The notes under the pieces were generated by a model. The model searched no databases. It saw only the letters and a program-made list of their open reading frames with translations, and was not told the DNA's origin. From an uncultured Methanosarcinales archaeon (GTDB lineage: Archaea > Nanobdellota > Nanobdellia > Woesearchaeales > GW2011-AR9), in contig CAYSWQ010000003.1 of assembly GCA_964434885.1 (NCBI GenBank), positions 6,882 to 70,881 on the forward strand: a DNA stretch of 64,000 nt. The letters are read 5' to 3'. The first letter of the stretch is position 1; every line of letters starts with the position of its first letter. Shown here piece after piece: positions 9,333 to 17,076 of the stretch. Made by a program: the position numbers and the translations under genes.

Positions 9333-10402
9333 AAATCAATCGAGAGTTTCTTGTTTTTTAAATCTATCTTTTTTATCTTTTTTTCTTTTTGTAGTGTTGT
9401 TTTAATTTCGTTCCAATTTTTGGTTTTCTTTAATTTCTTGGTAATTTCAAGTAGTTTATTCAATGGTTGATATTTTTCATAAATTAATTCAGCTTTTTGA
9501 TTGTTTTTTTCGATTAGGTTTTTTTGTTTTTTAACAGATTTTTCCTGTTCTTCAATAATCTTTTTTTGAGAAATAATCTTTTTTTCGTAAGGTGATTTTT
9601 TTTGATTAAAATCAATTGTTTCTAATGCTTCTGAATATGTTTTAGTTGTTTTGGTTGGTTGTTGATTAGTCAAAGAAAAAGGAGTAATCTGTTCTAGATA
9701 AATATTTCCGGTTGGTTTTTTTAGTTTTTTTATTAATAAATTGATTGTTTCAATAATTTGTTTTATTTCTTTGGGCAATGTTTCTTGAGAAGTTTTGTTT
9801 TTATCAATTTGACTTAAAATGCAAACTTCTTCTGCATAAAGACCACCTAAACCCAATTCAATAGCTAACGTAGCAGCTAGATTTTTCCTAGTGCTTTGTT
9901 TTAATATTTCGGTAAGTTGATTTGATGTGAGGTTCTTCCAGTTGTTTGTTGAAGGAGGAGGAACATATTTTTCTTTTGGACGGATAAAACGGTCTTTGAA
10001 TCTTTGTTGATGGACAGCAGCTAAAATGATATTGTCTTTGTTAGTGAGAATTAGATTTCCTGGAGCAAATAGTTCGATGATTAAATTAAATTTTTCTTCT
10101 TTTTGAAGTTCTAAAATTAGAATCCGCTCTGAATCTTTTTGTTTGATATTTTTAATAAAAGAGTTGTTTAGATATTTTCTTAATTGTAAACAAAAACCAC
10201 TTGGTCTTAATGCTGATTTTTTTTCTGAAGCCAAATTTATTATTTTTCCCGGGATAATACGGACTATTTTTTTCTCTTTTTTGTGTAATTGAAAAAAGAA
10301 TTCTTCTTCTACTTGGTAAATTTGTGAAATTTTTCCATCTACTAAAAATTGTAATTCTTGTGTTAATGCAGTCAATTCCAAGGAAGCAATTGATTTTTTC
10401 AT
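9329..10402 (-). CDS. NFACT-N domain protein (FbpA/Rqc2/NEMF N-terminal homolog), apparently lacking the C-terminal NFACT-R/DUF814 part
   Basis: N-terminus MKKSIASLELTALTQELQFLVDGKISQIYQ...LHKK matches the NFACT-N consensus. Lys/Glu-rich coiled coil at the C-terminus. 357 aa against about 600 for full-length archaeal homologs. Confidence 0.4.
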   Translation of the reverse strand: MKKSIASLELTALTQELQFLVDGKISQIYQVEEEFFFQLHKKEKKIVRIIPGKIINLASEKKSALRPSGFCLQLRKYLNNSFIKNIKQKDSERILILELQKEEKFNLIIELFAPGNLILTNKDNIILAAVHQQRFKDRFIRPKEKYVPPPSTNNWKNLTSNQLTEILKQSTRKNLAATLAIELGLGGLYAEEVCILSQIDKNKTSQETLPKEIKQIIETINLLIKKLKKPTGNIYLEQITPFSLTNQQPTKTTKTYSEALETIDFNQKKSPYEKKIISQKKIIEEQEKSVKKQKNLIEKNNQKAELIYEKYQPLNKLLEITKKLKKTKNWNEIKTTLQKEKKIKKIDLKNKKLSIDL

Positions 10403-10529
10403 GATTTAATGGTTAATCTAGTTTAATTTAAATATGTTTTTGATAAAATTGATTTGGTTTTGGTGTGATTTGATAAATGAGTGACTAATTTAGTAAAATT
10501 TATAAAAATCTTTCGAATTATACGATTAA

Positions 10530-11561
10530 ATGAGAGTTTTAGCTAGCAATAAAGAAGAACCAAAATTAGATTTGATAGATAAAAAAATATTGTATTTGTT
10601 ATCTGTTAATGCCCGGTTTTCTTATTCTACAATTGCTAAACATGTTAAATTGTCTCGAGAAGCAGTTAAACAAAGAATCAACAAATTACTAAAAAAAGAG
10701 GTTTTATTGGGTTTTCAAACTGCCATCAATCACCCAATATTAGATTATAATTCCTATCATGTTTTTTTGCAATTAAATAAACTTAACAAAAAACGAGAAG
10801 AAGAAATTGTGAAAAAATTGGGGGCCGATTCGGATGTTAATGCTTTATTAGAATACGAAGGCAAATACAATTTTGAGGTTTCTTACTTGTTAAAAGATAT
10901 TCGGGAGTTGAATACTAAATTAAAAGAATTATCTGGCCAAAGTATCAAAGACTATAATTTTTTTATTTTGTTAGATACTGTTGCTGCCCAAACTTACTCT
11001 CAATGTTTGCATAAATTAGATTTAGATGTAAAGAACATTCGACATGATGGCTCTTTTTTTGGTGATCTGAATAAAAAAAGAACTGGAAAGATAAATTTGG
11101 ATGAAAATGATAAACAATTATTGAAATTTATTAGTGAAGATGCAAGAATTAGTATGACTGAACTGGCAACTAAATTAAAATTGAGTGTAGATTCTGTAAT
11201 CTATAGAATTAAAAAATTAATTAGTTGTGGAGTAATTGTTGGTTTTCGCCCAATAATTAATTATGCTAATTTGGGATATAGTGTGTATTGTTTGTTTTTT
11301 AAATTTAAAAATTTAAATAAATCAAATGAAGACAAATTTAATTATTTCTTTAAAACTCATCCGAATGTTTTGTGGTCTGCTAATTGCCTAGGTCCATTTA
11401 ATAATATTTCTTATTTGGTTGTGAAAGATAGTTTTGAATATCACAACGTGATTAATGAAATTAGAGAGAATTTTTTTGAAATTATTGATAATTATGAAAG
11501 CTTATTGGCTTTTGCTGAATATAAGTATGGTTTCTTTCCAGGTGGGTTGTTGGAAAATTAA
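10530..11561 (+). CDS. Transcriptional regulator with two tandem Lrp/AsnC-type HTH modules
   Basis: DKKILYLLSVNARFSYSTIAKHVKLSREAVKQRINKLLKKEVLLGF and DKQLLKFISEDARISMTELATKLKLSVDSVIYRIKKLISCGVIVGF. Confidence 0.6.
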   Translation: MRVLASNKEEPKLDLIDKKILYLLSVNARFSYSTIAKHVKLSREAVKQRINKLLKKEVLLGFQTAINHPILDYNSYHVFLQLNKLNKKREEEIVKKLGADSDVNALLEYEGKYNFEVSYLLKDIRELNTKLKELSGQSIKDYNFFILLDTVAAQTYSQCLHKLDLDVKNIRHDGSFFGDLNKKRTGKINLDENDKQLLKFISEDARISMTELATKLKLSVDSVIYRIKKLISCGVIVGFRPIINYANLGYSVYCLFFKFKNLNKSNEDKFNYFFKTHPNVLWSANCLGPFNNISYLVVKDSFEYHNVINEIRENFFEIIDNYESLLAFAEYKYGFFPGGLLEN

Positions 11562-11947
11562 TAGTATTTTTCTTGCCAAATTTCAGGCAATAGTTGTTTT
11601 AGTGTGGTTTCTTTATCTTCGCTAAGAATTACTTTGGTGTTTAGATTTTCTTTATTTATTTCGTAAATCATTTCTCGGCATCTCCCACAAGGAGGCAAAA
11701 TTTTACCTTCGTTAGAAATAGCCACAATCTTATTTATCTTATATTCTTTGTTAGTCACCATATTAGCAATAGCACTATGTTCAGCACAAAAACCAATTCC
11801 ACAACAAGCAACAATACTAACTCCCAAGTAAATATTTCCTTTATCTGTAATTAAAGCACAACTAACATCTCCTATTGAAACATTTTCAGAAACTTTATTT
11901 AAATGAGATATTTCTTTTGCTTTTTTAATTAATTCTGTTGGTTCCAT
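11558..11947 (-). CDS. cdd: Cytidine/deoxycytidylate deaminase family protein
   Basis: Zinc-binding motifs CAEHSAI (H/C-A-E) and PCGRCREM (PCxxC). 129 aa. Confidence 0.75.
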   Translation of the reverse strand: MEPTELIKKAKEISHLNKVSENVSIGDVSCALITDKGNIYLGVSIVACCGIGFCAEHSAIANMVTNKEYKINKIVAISNEGKILPPCGRCREMIYEINKENLNTKVILSEDKETTLKQLLPEIWQEKYY

Positions 11948-11960
11948 TTAAAAATAATTA

Positions 11961-12049
11961 GCGCGGAGGGAGACTCGAACTCCCGATCAGAGGGTTGCAG
12001 CCTCTTGCCGTGGCCGCTTGTGGGCTTTAGCCGCTTGGCCATCCGCGCT
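11961..12049 (-). tRNA. tRNA-Cys (anticodon GCA), 89 nt, with an extra 15-17 nt insertion in the D-arm region (probable non-canonical intron)
   Basis: Reverse complement GCGCGGA...TCCGCGC acceptor stem. T-arm GGGAG TTCGAGT CTCCC. Anticodon arm AGAGG CTGCAAC CCTCT with U33, GCA, A37. The region between acceptor and anticodon stems is 36 nt instead of about 19 and contains a duplicated CAAGCGGC. Confidence 0.6.
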
Positions 12050-12742
12050 TGAGTTTAATGCGTTAATTAATCTTTGTTGCTTTATTGGATGTTCAAACCC
12101 AACATATTTAAAAAAGTTTCTGAAAGAAGATTTTTCTATATCAATATGAAGACACCTACTCCTACTACCATCTTTCCTGGTATTTAATTTAAAATGACGT
12201 ACTGGTGAAGACTTAACTCCAAACTTAGCCAACATAGATCTTAGTTGTTCAAAATATCTAATTCCAGAATCAATTAATAAACTATTCTTTGCCATTCTAA
12301 AACTTATTCTCCAACGTAATTTCTTTCCCCTAGTGATGTGTATGCTTCCTTCGTTATCAAATAATCCCCTCAAGTAAGAGCTTTGTATTTCTGGTGTGCC
12401 ATTGAAAACCCACTCGGGAACTACAAACGAATTATTGGTTTTATTTCCTACTGGAGTTCCTATCTCTTTCAAAAAAACACAGATTGGTTTTGAAATAATA
12501 AATAATTTATATCGTCTTGTGGAGTTTGGGCTTTTTTTGGAAGTGCTATCATCTACATAAATTCTTCCTTCTATTTCAAATAAATCGAAAAAACGTTGTT
12601 TGACTGCTTTTATTTCTTCTAAATTCTTTGAATAAAAAGAAGCAAGATATCTCCATTTATCAATTTGTAAATGACCATCTCCCGTTAAATCAGCTACAGT
12701 GCGAGCTAGTTTTGGATTTTTCTTTAAGTGTTGCATTTTCAA
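11987..12742 (-). CDS. Double-motif LAGLIDADG homing-endonuclease-like protein, free-standing
   Basis: LARTVADLTGDGHLQ and LRGLFDNEGSIHI motifs about 100 aa apart, Lys/Arg-rich. The last roughly 20 codons overlap the 5' part of tRNA-Cys. Confidence 0.6.
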   Translation of the reverse strand: MKMQHLKKNPKLARTVADLTGDGHLQIDKWRYLASFYSKNLEEIKAVKQRFFDLFEIEGRIYVDDSTSKKSPNSTRRYKLFIISKPICVFLKEIGTPVGNKTNNSFVVPEWVFNGTPEIQSSYLRGLFDNEGSIHITRGKKLRWRISFRMAKNSLLIDSGIRYFEQLRSMLAKFGVKSSPVRHFKLNTRKDGSRSRCLHIDIEKSSFRNFFKYVGFEHPIKQQRLINALNSSADGQAAKAHKRPRQEAATL

Positions 12743-12781
12743 TTACTACTTTAAATGCAACAAGTAAGAAAATATAAAAAT

Positions 12782-12808
12782 CCTACCTGGACTTGTCCAC
12801 TTGTCCAG
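12782..12808 (-). promoter_or_regulatory. Second copy of the tandem GTGGACAA promoter element (minus strand: CTGGACAAGTGGACAAGTCCAGGTAGG), abutting a TATA-like box upstream of the LAGLIDADG gene
   Basis: Followed on the minus strand by atttttatatttt, then the ATG at 12742 about 28 bp further on. Confidence 0.5.
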
Positions 12809-12839
12809 TTGATTTCAAAAAAATTATTTAGAAATAATA

Positions 12840-12979
12840 TGGACCTGAAGGGATTCGAACCCTCGATCTACAGCTTAGAAGGCTCTAGCGGGACAATTTG
12901 TCCTGTCGCCATATTTGACCCACGTTTGGGGCAAGCCCGGGAACTATGTTCCCCGTGTCCAGGCTAGGCTACAGGTCCA
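12840..12979 (-). tRNA. Intron-containing tRNA (about 140 nt; at least two insertions including a hairpin in the D-loop; isotype unresolved)
   Basis: Reverse complement GGACCTG...CAGGTCC-A acceptor. T-arm GAGGG TTCGAAT CCCTT. D-stem GCCT/GGGC interrupted by GGGGAACATAGTTCCC hairpin. About 45 extra nt between the D and T arms. Confidence 0.55.
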
Positions 12980-13046
12980 TATAGAATTGTTAGAAATAAA
13001 GGTTATTTATAAAATTTAGTATTAAAAAAGAAATAAAAGAAAAAAA

Positions 13047-14168
13047 TTAATTAACATCTTTTAAACCCGCAGTTTCTACAAAAAAGCAAACTTCCCCGTC
13101 TGGTAAGGCAGGTGCATCTATTAACTTTGCCACTCTCGATCCTTTCTTACCTTTTCTCAAGTAAATTCGGAAAGTAGAGGCATGAGCCACAATATGTCCT
13201 CCAATAGAAGCAGTAGGATCTCCAAAGAACTGATCTGGTTTGGCCATTACTTGATTGGTAACATAAACACAGATGTTGTGAGTGTTAGCAACTTTAGCCA
13301 AGGCATGCATATGGCGATTTAATTTCTGCTGTCTTTCTGCTAACGTTCCTCGACCAATATATTCTGCTCGAAAATGAGAAGTTAAAGAATCGACTACTAC
13401 CAACATTACTTTTTTGTTTTGTTCGTTGATTAAGCTTTCTACTTTTTCAGCTAGCAACATTTGGTGGTCAGAGTTATATGCCCTAGCAACCATTATTCTG
13501 CTTAATGCATCTTCTGGATTCAAACCTGCTCCTTCTGCTAATTGGGTGATTCTTTCTGGTCGAAATGTGTTTTCTGTATCAATGTAAACCACAGTGGCAT
13601 CAGGATGAACATTTAATGTATTAACTGCAAGGATATGGCCTACTTGGGTTTTTCCAGAACCGAATTCACCAAAACATTCGGTGATTGCTCCAGTTTCAAA
13701 TCCACCTCCCATTAATGTGTTGAAGTTCTCTGAACCGGTGCTTATTTTAGATACTTGTTCTCTTTTCTTCAAAATATCCATTCCTGATTCAAAACCCATT
13801 TTCATGCTATCTCTTGCAGCATTAATCATCTTTCTAGCGACTGATTCAGAAACACCAGTGGTTTCAATCAATTCTCCAATTGTGGCAACTGCCATGGACA
13901 TCATATCTCGATAACCCGCATTGGCTAGTTTTTCGGCAGTGGCGGCCCCCACTCCTGGAAGGTCCTGGAGAGTGGGTTCTTTTTCAATCTCTTTATTGGG
14001 AGTTAGTTCTAAATTTTTTGTTGTTTTTTCTTCAGTGGTTGGTTTAGGTGTTGTTTCTGGTGTTGATTCTGATACTTGTTCTAATGTTGTTTCTGTGTTT
14101 TCAGTATTTGGTTCTGAATTTTGTTCTAAAATTTCAGTGGGTTCTTCAATTATTTTTTCTTTGGTCAT
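13047..14168 (-). CDS. radA: DNA repair and recombination protein RadA
   Basis: N-terminal HhH LQDLPGVGAATAEKLANAGY. Walker A GEFGSGKTQ. RecA-fold core. C-terminal SRVAKLIDAPALPDGE. Unusual roughly 60-aa T/E/P-rich N-terminal extension. Confidence 0.9.
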   Translation of the reverse strand: MTKEKIIEEPTEILEQNSEPNTENTETTLEQVSESTPETTPKPTTEEKTTKNLELTPNKEIEKEPTLQDLPGVGAATAEKLANAGYRDMMSMAVATIGELIETTGVSESVARKMINAARDSMKMGFESGMDILKKREQVSKISTGSENFNTLMGGGFETGAITECFGEFGSGKTQVGHILAVNTLNVHPDATVVYIDTENTFRPERITQLAEGAGLNPEDALSRIMVARAYNSDHQMLLAEKVESLINEQNKKVMLVVVDSLTSHFRAEYIGRGTLAERQQKLNRHMHALAKVANTHNICVYVTNQVMAKPDQFFGDPTASIGGHIVAHASTFRIYLRKGKKGSRVAKLIDAPALPDGEVCFFVETAGLKDVN

Positions 14169-14179
14169 CTTGCTTTCCT

Positions 14180-14467
14180 CTATTGTGCTTTGAATAGTTC
14201 TTGTTCTTTAAGAACTAAATATTCATAAGCTTTCTGTAACACAATACTTGCTTTTGGCAAGTCATTTATTCTTAAAGAATTGGTGTTTTGCCATTCGCCT
14301 TTTTCATCTTTGTAACAACGATCCAGACTTATGGTTCGATATTCGACTGCTTCTCCGGTTTTGTTTTGGCCTTTGTTAGACCAAATAGTGGCCGAAACTG
14401 ATCCGGCACGATACTTTTTTTCAGGTGTGTTACCTGTACTTTGGTTTTGGGTATTCATTGATACCAC
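14180..14467 (-). CDS. PC4/Sub1-like (YdbC-family) ssDNA-binding protein
   Basis: YRAGSVSATIWSNKGQNKTGEAVEYRTISLDRCYKDEKGEWQNTNSLRINDLPKASIVLQKAYEYL fits the PC4 C-terminal-domain pattern (conserved W, GE..EYR.ISL.R.Y.D..G.W). Stop is 12 bp from the radA start. Confidence 0.45.
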   Translation of the reverse strand: MVSMNTQNQSTGNTPEKKYRAGSVSATIWSNKGQNKTGEAVEYRTISLDRCYKDEKGEWQNTNSLRINDLPKASIVLQKAYEYLVLKEQELFKAQ

Positions 14468-14577
14468 CTCGTTTTGCTATTCGCTTTTTATTTCAAACCA
14501 CAACCAATTTTGATTGCAGCGAGGGGTGGCCAATTGCTTGGCTACGTTTAGTTGGAGTGAGAGGTAGTTTAAATAGT

Positions 14578-14606
14578 CTACCTGGAGTTGTCCACTTGTC
14601 CACTAC
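14578..14606 (-). promoter_or_regulatory. Third copy of the tandem GTGGACAA promoter element (minus: GTAGTGGACAAGTGGACAACTCCAGGTAG) abutting TATA-like tatttaaa, about 110 bp upstream of the PC4-like/radA operon
   Basis: Same element and orientation relative to the downstream gene as at 4447 and 12782. Confidence 0.5.
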
Positions 14607-14716
14607 TCTTTTTTTTGGGCCAGTTTTGGGCTTAATTTTCGTTTTGGAGACTGTTTTGTTGTTTTTTTTAAGTAGACAAAATTATTTTTTAAAGTGTCTT
14701 CTATTAAATTTTTCTG

Positions 14717-15178
14717 TTAAATAATAGTTATTGTTTTGATTATCAAAAAAGTAAAGATCAAGGTTTGAATTAATTTTTCTCCCCAACCATTAGTTTTGAA
14801 AAATCCTTTAATTTTGAAAGAAAATGGGTACATGATTGGAAGGCCTTGTTTAGTTAAAGAATCGGCAAGTAAGTGAGATGTAATTCCAATAAAAATTCCC
14901 CAAGCATAATATTCATTGAATACATATTTGGTTGTTAATGTAGTGAGGATTAAAAAAAATAAAGAGTGGAAGAATCCTCGGTGTTTAGAGAAAAAAGAAG
15001 TTATTTGGCCAATTAAACCTGTCCATTGAGTTGCTTTGCTGTGTTTTTCATCAATATCTGGTAGCAAGCTCCCTAACAAAACAAAAATTAGGAGCAGAAT
15101 TTCATTTCCTCCATTTAGGAATGGTTCAAAAAGGAAAAAGGAAAAAAGTCCTATTAAGATGTGGGTTGGAAATAGCAT
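14717..15178 (-). CDS. YdjM/DUF457-like membrane-bound metal-dependent hydrolase
   Basis: MLFPTHILIG...HRGFFHSLFF...TSHLLADSLT motifs. 4 TM helices. Confidence 0.4.
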   Translation of the reverse strand: MLFPTHILIGLFSFFLFEPFLNGGNEILLLIFVLLGSLLPDIDEKHSKATQWTGLIGQITSFFSKHRGFFHSLFFLILTTLTTKYVFNEYYAWGIFIGITSHLLADSLTKQGLPIMYPFSFKIKGFFKTNGWGEKLIQTLIFTFLIIKTITII

Positions 15179-16161
15179 TAATTTACTTTGTTGAGTTCAG
15201 TTGTGGGGTTGGCTTTTTCTACAATTTGGGCAACAAATTCCAACCGATCAAACATCTCATTGCGATTAACCCTACCAATAACTTTGAATTGTTCTCCCAA
15301 AAGTTCGGTTTTTAGATCTTCAAATAATCCCATGTTTTCTTTAAATTTGACCATTTCTTCGTCAGATTTTCCTAACAAATTATTAGTCTGGTTCTTCCAG
15401 AAAACTCCCCGGATAGTTCCAGTTCCATCATCTAAAACTAAATTAAGAACATAGGAGCTAGCAGCTTCTACTTTACTATGTTCATTACAATAGAAACCAT
15501 CTTCTCGTTCATCAACTCTTTTACTACATTCTGGACAAACATTAAAATATCGGGGATCAAAGACTTGAACCACAGTACCCATTAATTCCACTCCCAAATC
15601 TCCTTCTTTTAAGATATCAATTTTTTTTCTTTCACGGAGTGTGGATTTTTGTTTGACAGTACCAATTGTTTCTCCTTCTGGATTGATTGAGACACTGCTA
15701 CGGTCATTTAAATGAAGTTCTACTTGGTTGAAGTTATTTTCTTTAGCATAACCAGAAGAGATTAGAACTACATCTTCTTCTTTTAATTCATTCATAATAT
15801 CTGCTTGGTCATTCCAACAAGCAATTCGAATAGTTCCTGAATCATCACCAATCACAAAAGCACCTATTTTCCCTTGACGTCCATTCTTATCGAATTCTCG
15901 GATTGGAAATTTTTGGGTTACTTTTCCTAGAACTTCAACTTGTTTCATACCCGCATAAATTTTATTGATTTTAAAACGCCCTTCTTCTTCGACAATTTTA
16001 ATTCCCATTTCATTGGCAATTATGTGGGCAGCGCCTTCTTCAGAAATCAAACCAGAGAGTTCATTAATTTTGGCTTTAATTTTTTCATCTAAATCTTCGG
16101 CAGATAAATTAGATCCTTGTTGAATTTTTTCTTTTAATTCTGCGATAGGGACTTTAAACAT
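15178..16161 (-). CDS. rpa: Replication protein A-like ssDNA-binding protein (OB folds + C4 zinc ribbon)
   Basis: OB-fold pattern KIYAGMKQVEVLGKVTQ...AFVIGDDSGTIRIACWN. Zinc ribbon CPECSKRVDEREDGFYCNEH. Second OB GTIRGVFWKNQ. Confidence 0.65.
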   Translation of the reverse strand: MFKVPIAELKEKIQQGSNLSAEDLDEKIKAKINELSGLISEEGAAHIIANEMGIKIVEEEGRFKINKIYAGMKQVEVLGKVTQKFPIREFDKNGRQGKIGAFVIGDDSGTIRIACWNDQADIMNELKEEDVVLISSGYAKENNFNQVELHLNDRSSVSINPEGETIGTVKQKSTLRERKKIDILKEGDLGVELMGTVVQVFDPRYFNVCPECSKRVDEREDGFYCNEHSKVEAASSYVLNLVLDDGTGTIRGVFWKNQTNNLLGKSDEEMVKFKENMGLFEDLKTELLGEQFKVIGRVNRNEMFDRLEFVAQIVEKANPTTELNKVN

Positions 16162-16272
16162 TTTTTACACCTCTAACTCATTTTTTGGAAAGAAGATTTA
16201 TTTATAAGAATTTGTATTGTTTAGTATTATTGTTTGGTGAGGTTGTTGAGTAGTATTGTTGAATGGTGTTAT

Positions 16273-17073
16273 TTAAGTTGATTGGGTGGCAAAATCTAAA
16301 GCAAAATAATATTTTATGGGCATTAGTTGTTTATTTTTGTAAGCTGAATTTTTGCTTTCTACACAAAAAGCCACTTTTCTAGCTTCGGAATAAAACTTGT
16401 TGGTGCATTCTGAAAATTTCCATTTTGTTAATTTTTTATTTTTAATGTGGTTTTTGATACAGGTTTCTAAGTTTGATTTTTTATTACAAGCAGCCACTAA
16501 ATTGTTGGCAATTTTTCTTAATAAGTTGTATTCTTCTTGTAAATCAAAACCGAGATCAATCTCGAAATCAAGATCATAAGTATAAAGGGCATAATATTTA
16601 TCTGTTTTTGTAGATTTAATTGTTTTTTGATTTGCTTTTCCAAGAATAAAATTCTTTTCTAATTTAAGTGTATTATAATTCTTTTTGGGGCTTTTTTTAT
16701 TTACTCTTTCAGTTAAATCAGTTATAAAATCTTTTGAAAGTGAGGGAGCACAAGAAGCAAAATCTTTTTTCTTATTCCAAACAACATAATGTCTTGTTTG
16801 TGGGCCAATTTTGCCGCAAGGAATTTTATTTATAAATCCTGCGTTTGTGGCTAGTCGATGAATTGAATCTCCAGCTGCTTGTTTAACTAAAAAGTCTGAA
16901 TTGATTAAATCTTGTTCGGCTAAAAAATAATAATTATTAAGAAAATCTATCTGCCAAGTTCCTTTTGGTTCTAAGTTTAAATTAGTTGTTTGGCTGAAAT
17001 AAAAAAATACACCCAAAGCTATAAAAAATCCAAAAACAATGATCCAATGAAAAATTAATGCTTTTTTGTTCAT
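16273..17073 (-). CDS. Pilin-like/secreted protein with class III-type signal (MNKKA + hydrophobic helix)
   Basis: MNKKALIFHWIIVFGFFIALGVFF N-terminus. Last gene of the coupled minus-strand block. Confidence 0.4.
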   Translation of the reverse strand: MNKKALIFHWIIVFGFFIALGVFFYFSQTTNLNLEPKGTWQIDFLNNYYFLAEQDLINSDFLVKQAAGDSIHRLATNAGFINKIPCGKIGPQTRHYVVWNKKKDFASCAPSLSKDFITDLTERVNKKSPKKNYNTLKLEKNFILGKANQKTIKSTKTDKYYALYTYDLDFEIDLGFDLQEEYNLLRKIANNLVAACNKKSNLETCIKNHIKNKKLTKWKFSECTNKFYSEARKVAFCVESKNSAYKNKQLMPIKYYFALDFATQST

Positions 17074-17076
17074 TTT

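Noticed and set aside
9329-10402. Annotating 9329..10402 as a full Rqc2/NEMF ribosome-quality-control factor
   Set aside because: Only the N-terminal NFACT-N region is recognisable. The NFACT-R part is missing, so only a domain-level call is made.
12840-12979. Reading the intron-containing tRNA as tRNA-Pyl (CUA) or tRNA-Arg(UCU) from the CTTCTAAG stretch
   Set aside because: No convincing 5-bp anticodon stem flanks either candidate loop by eye. With two or more insertions the exon junctions cannot be placed without a BHB-aware covariance search. Isotype left unresolved.
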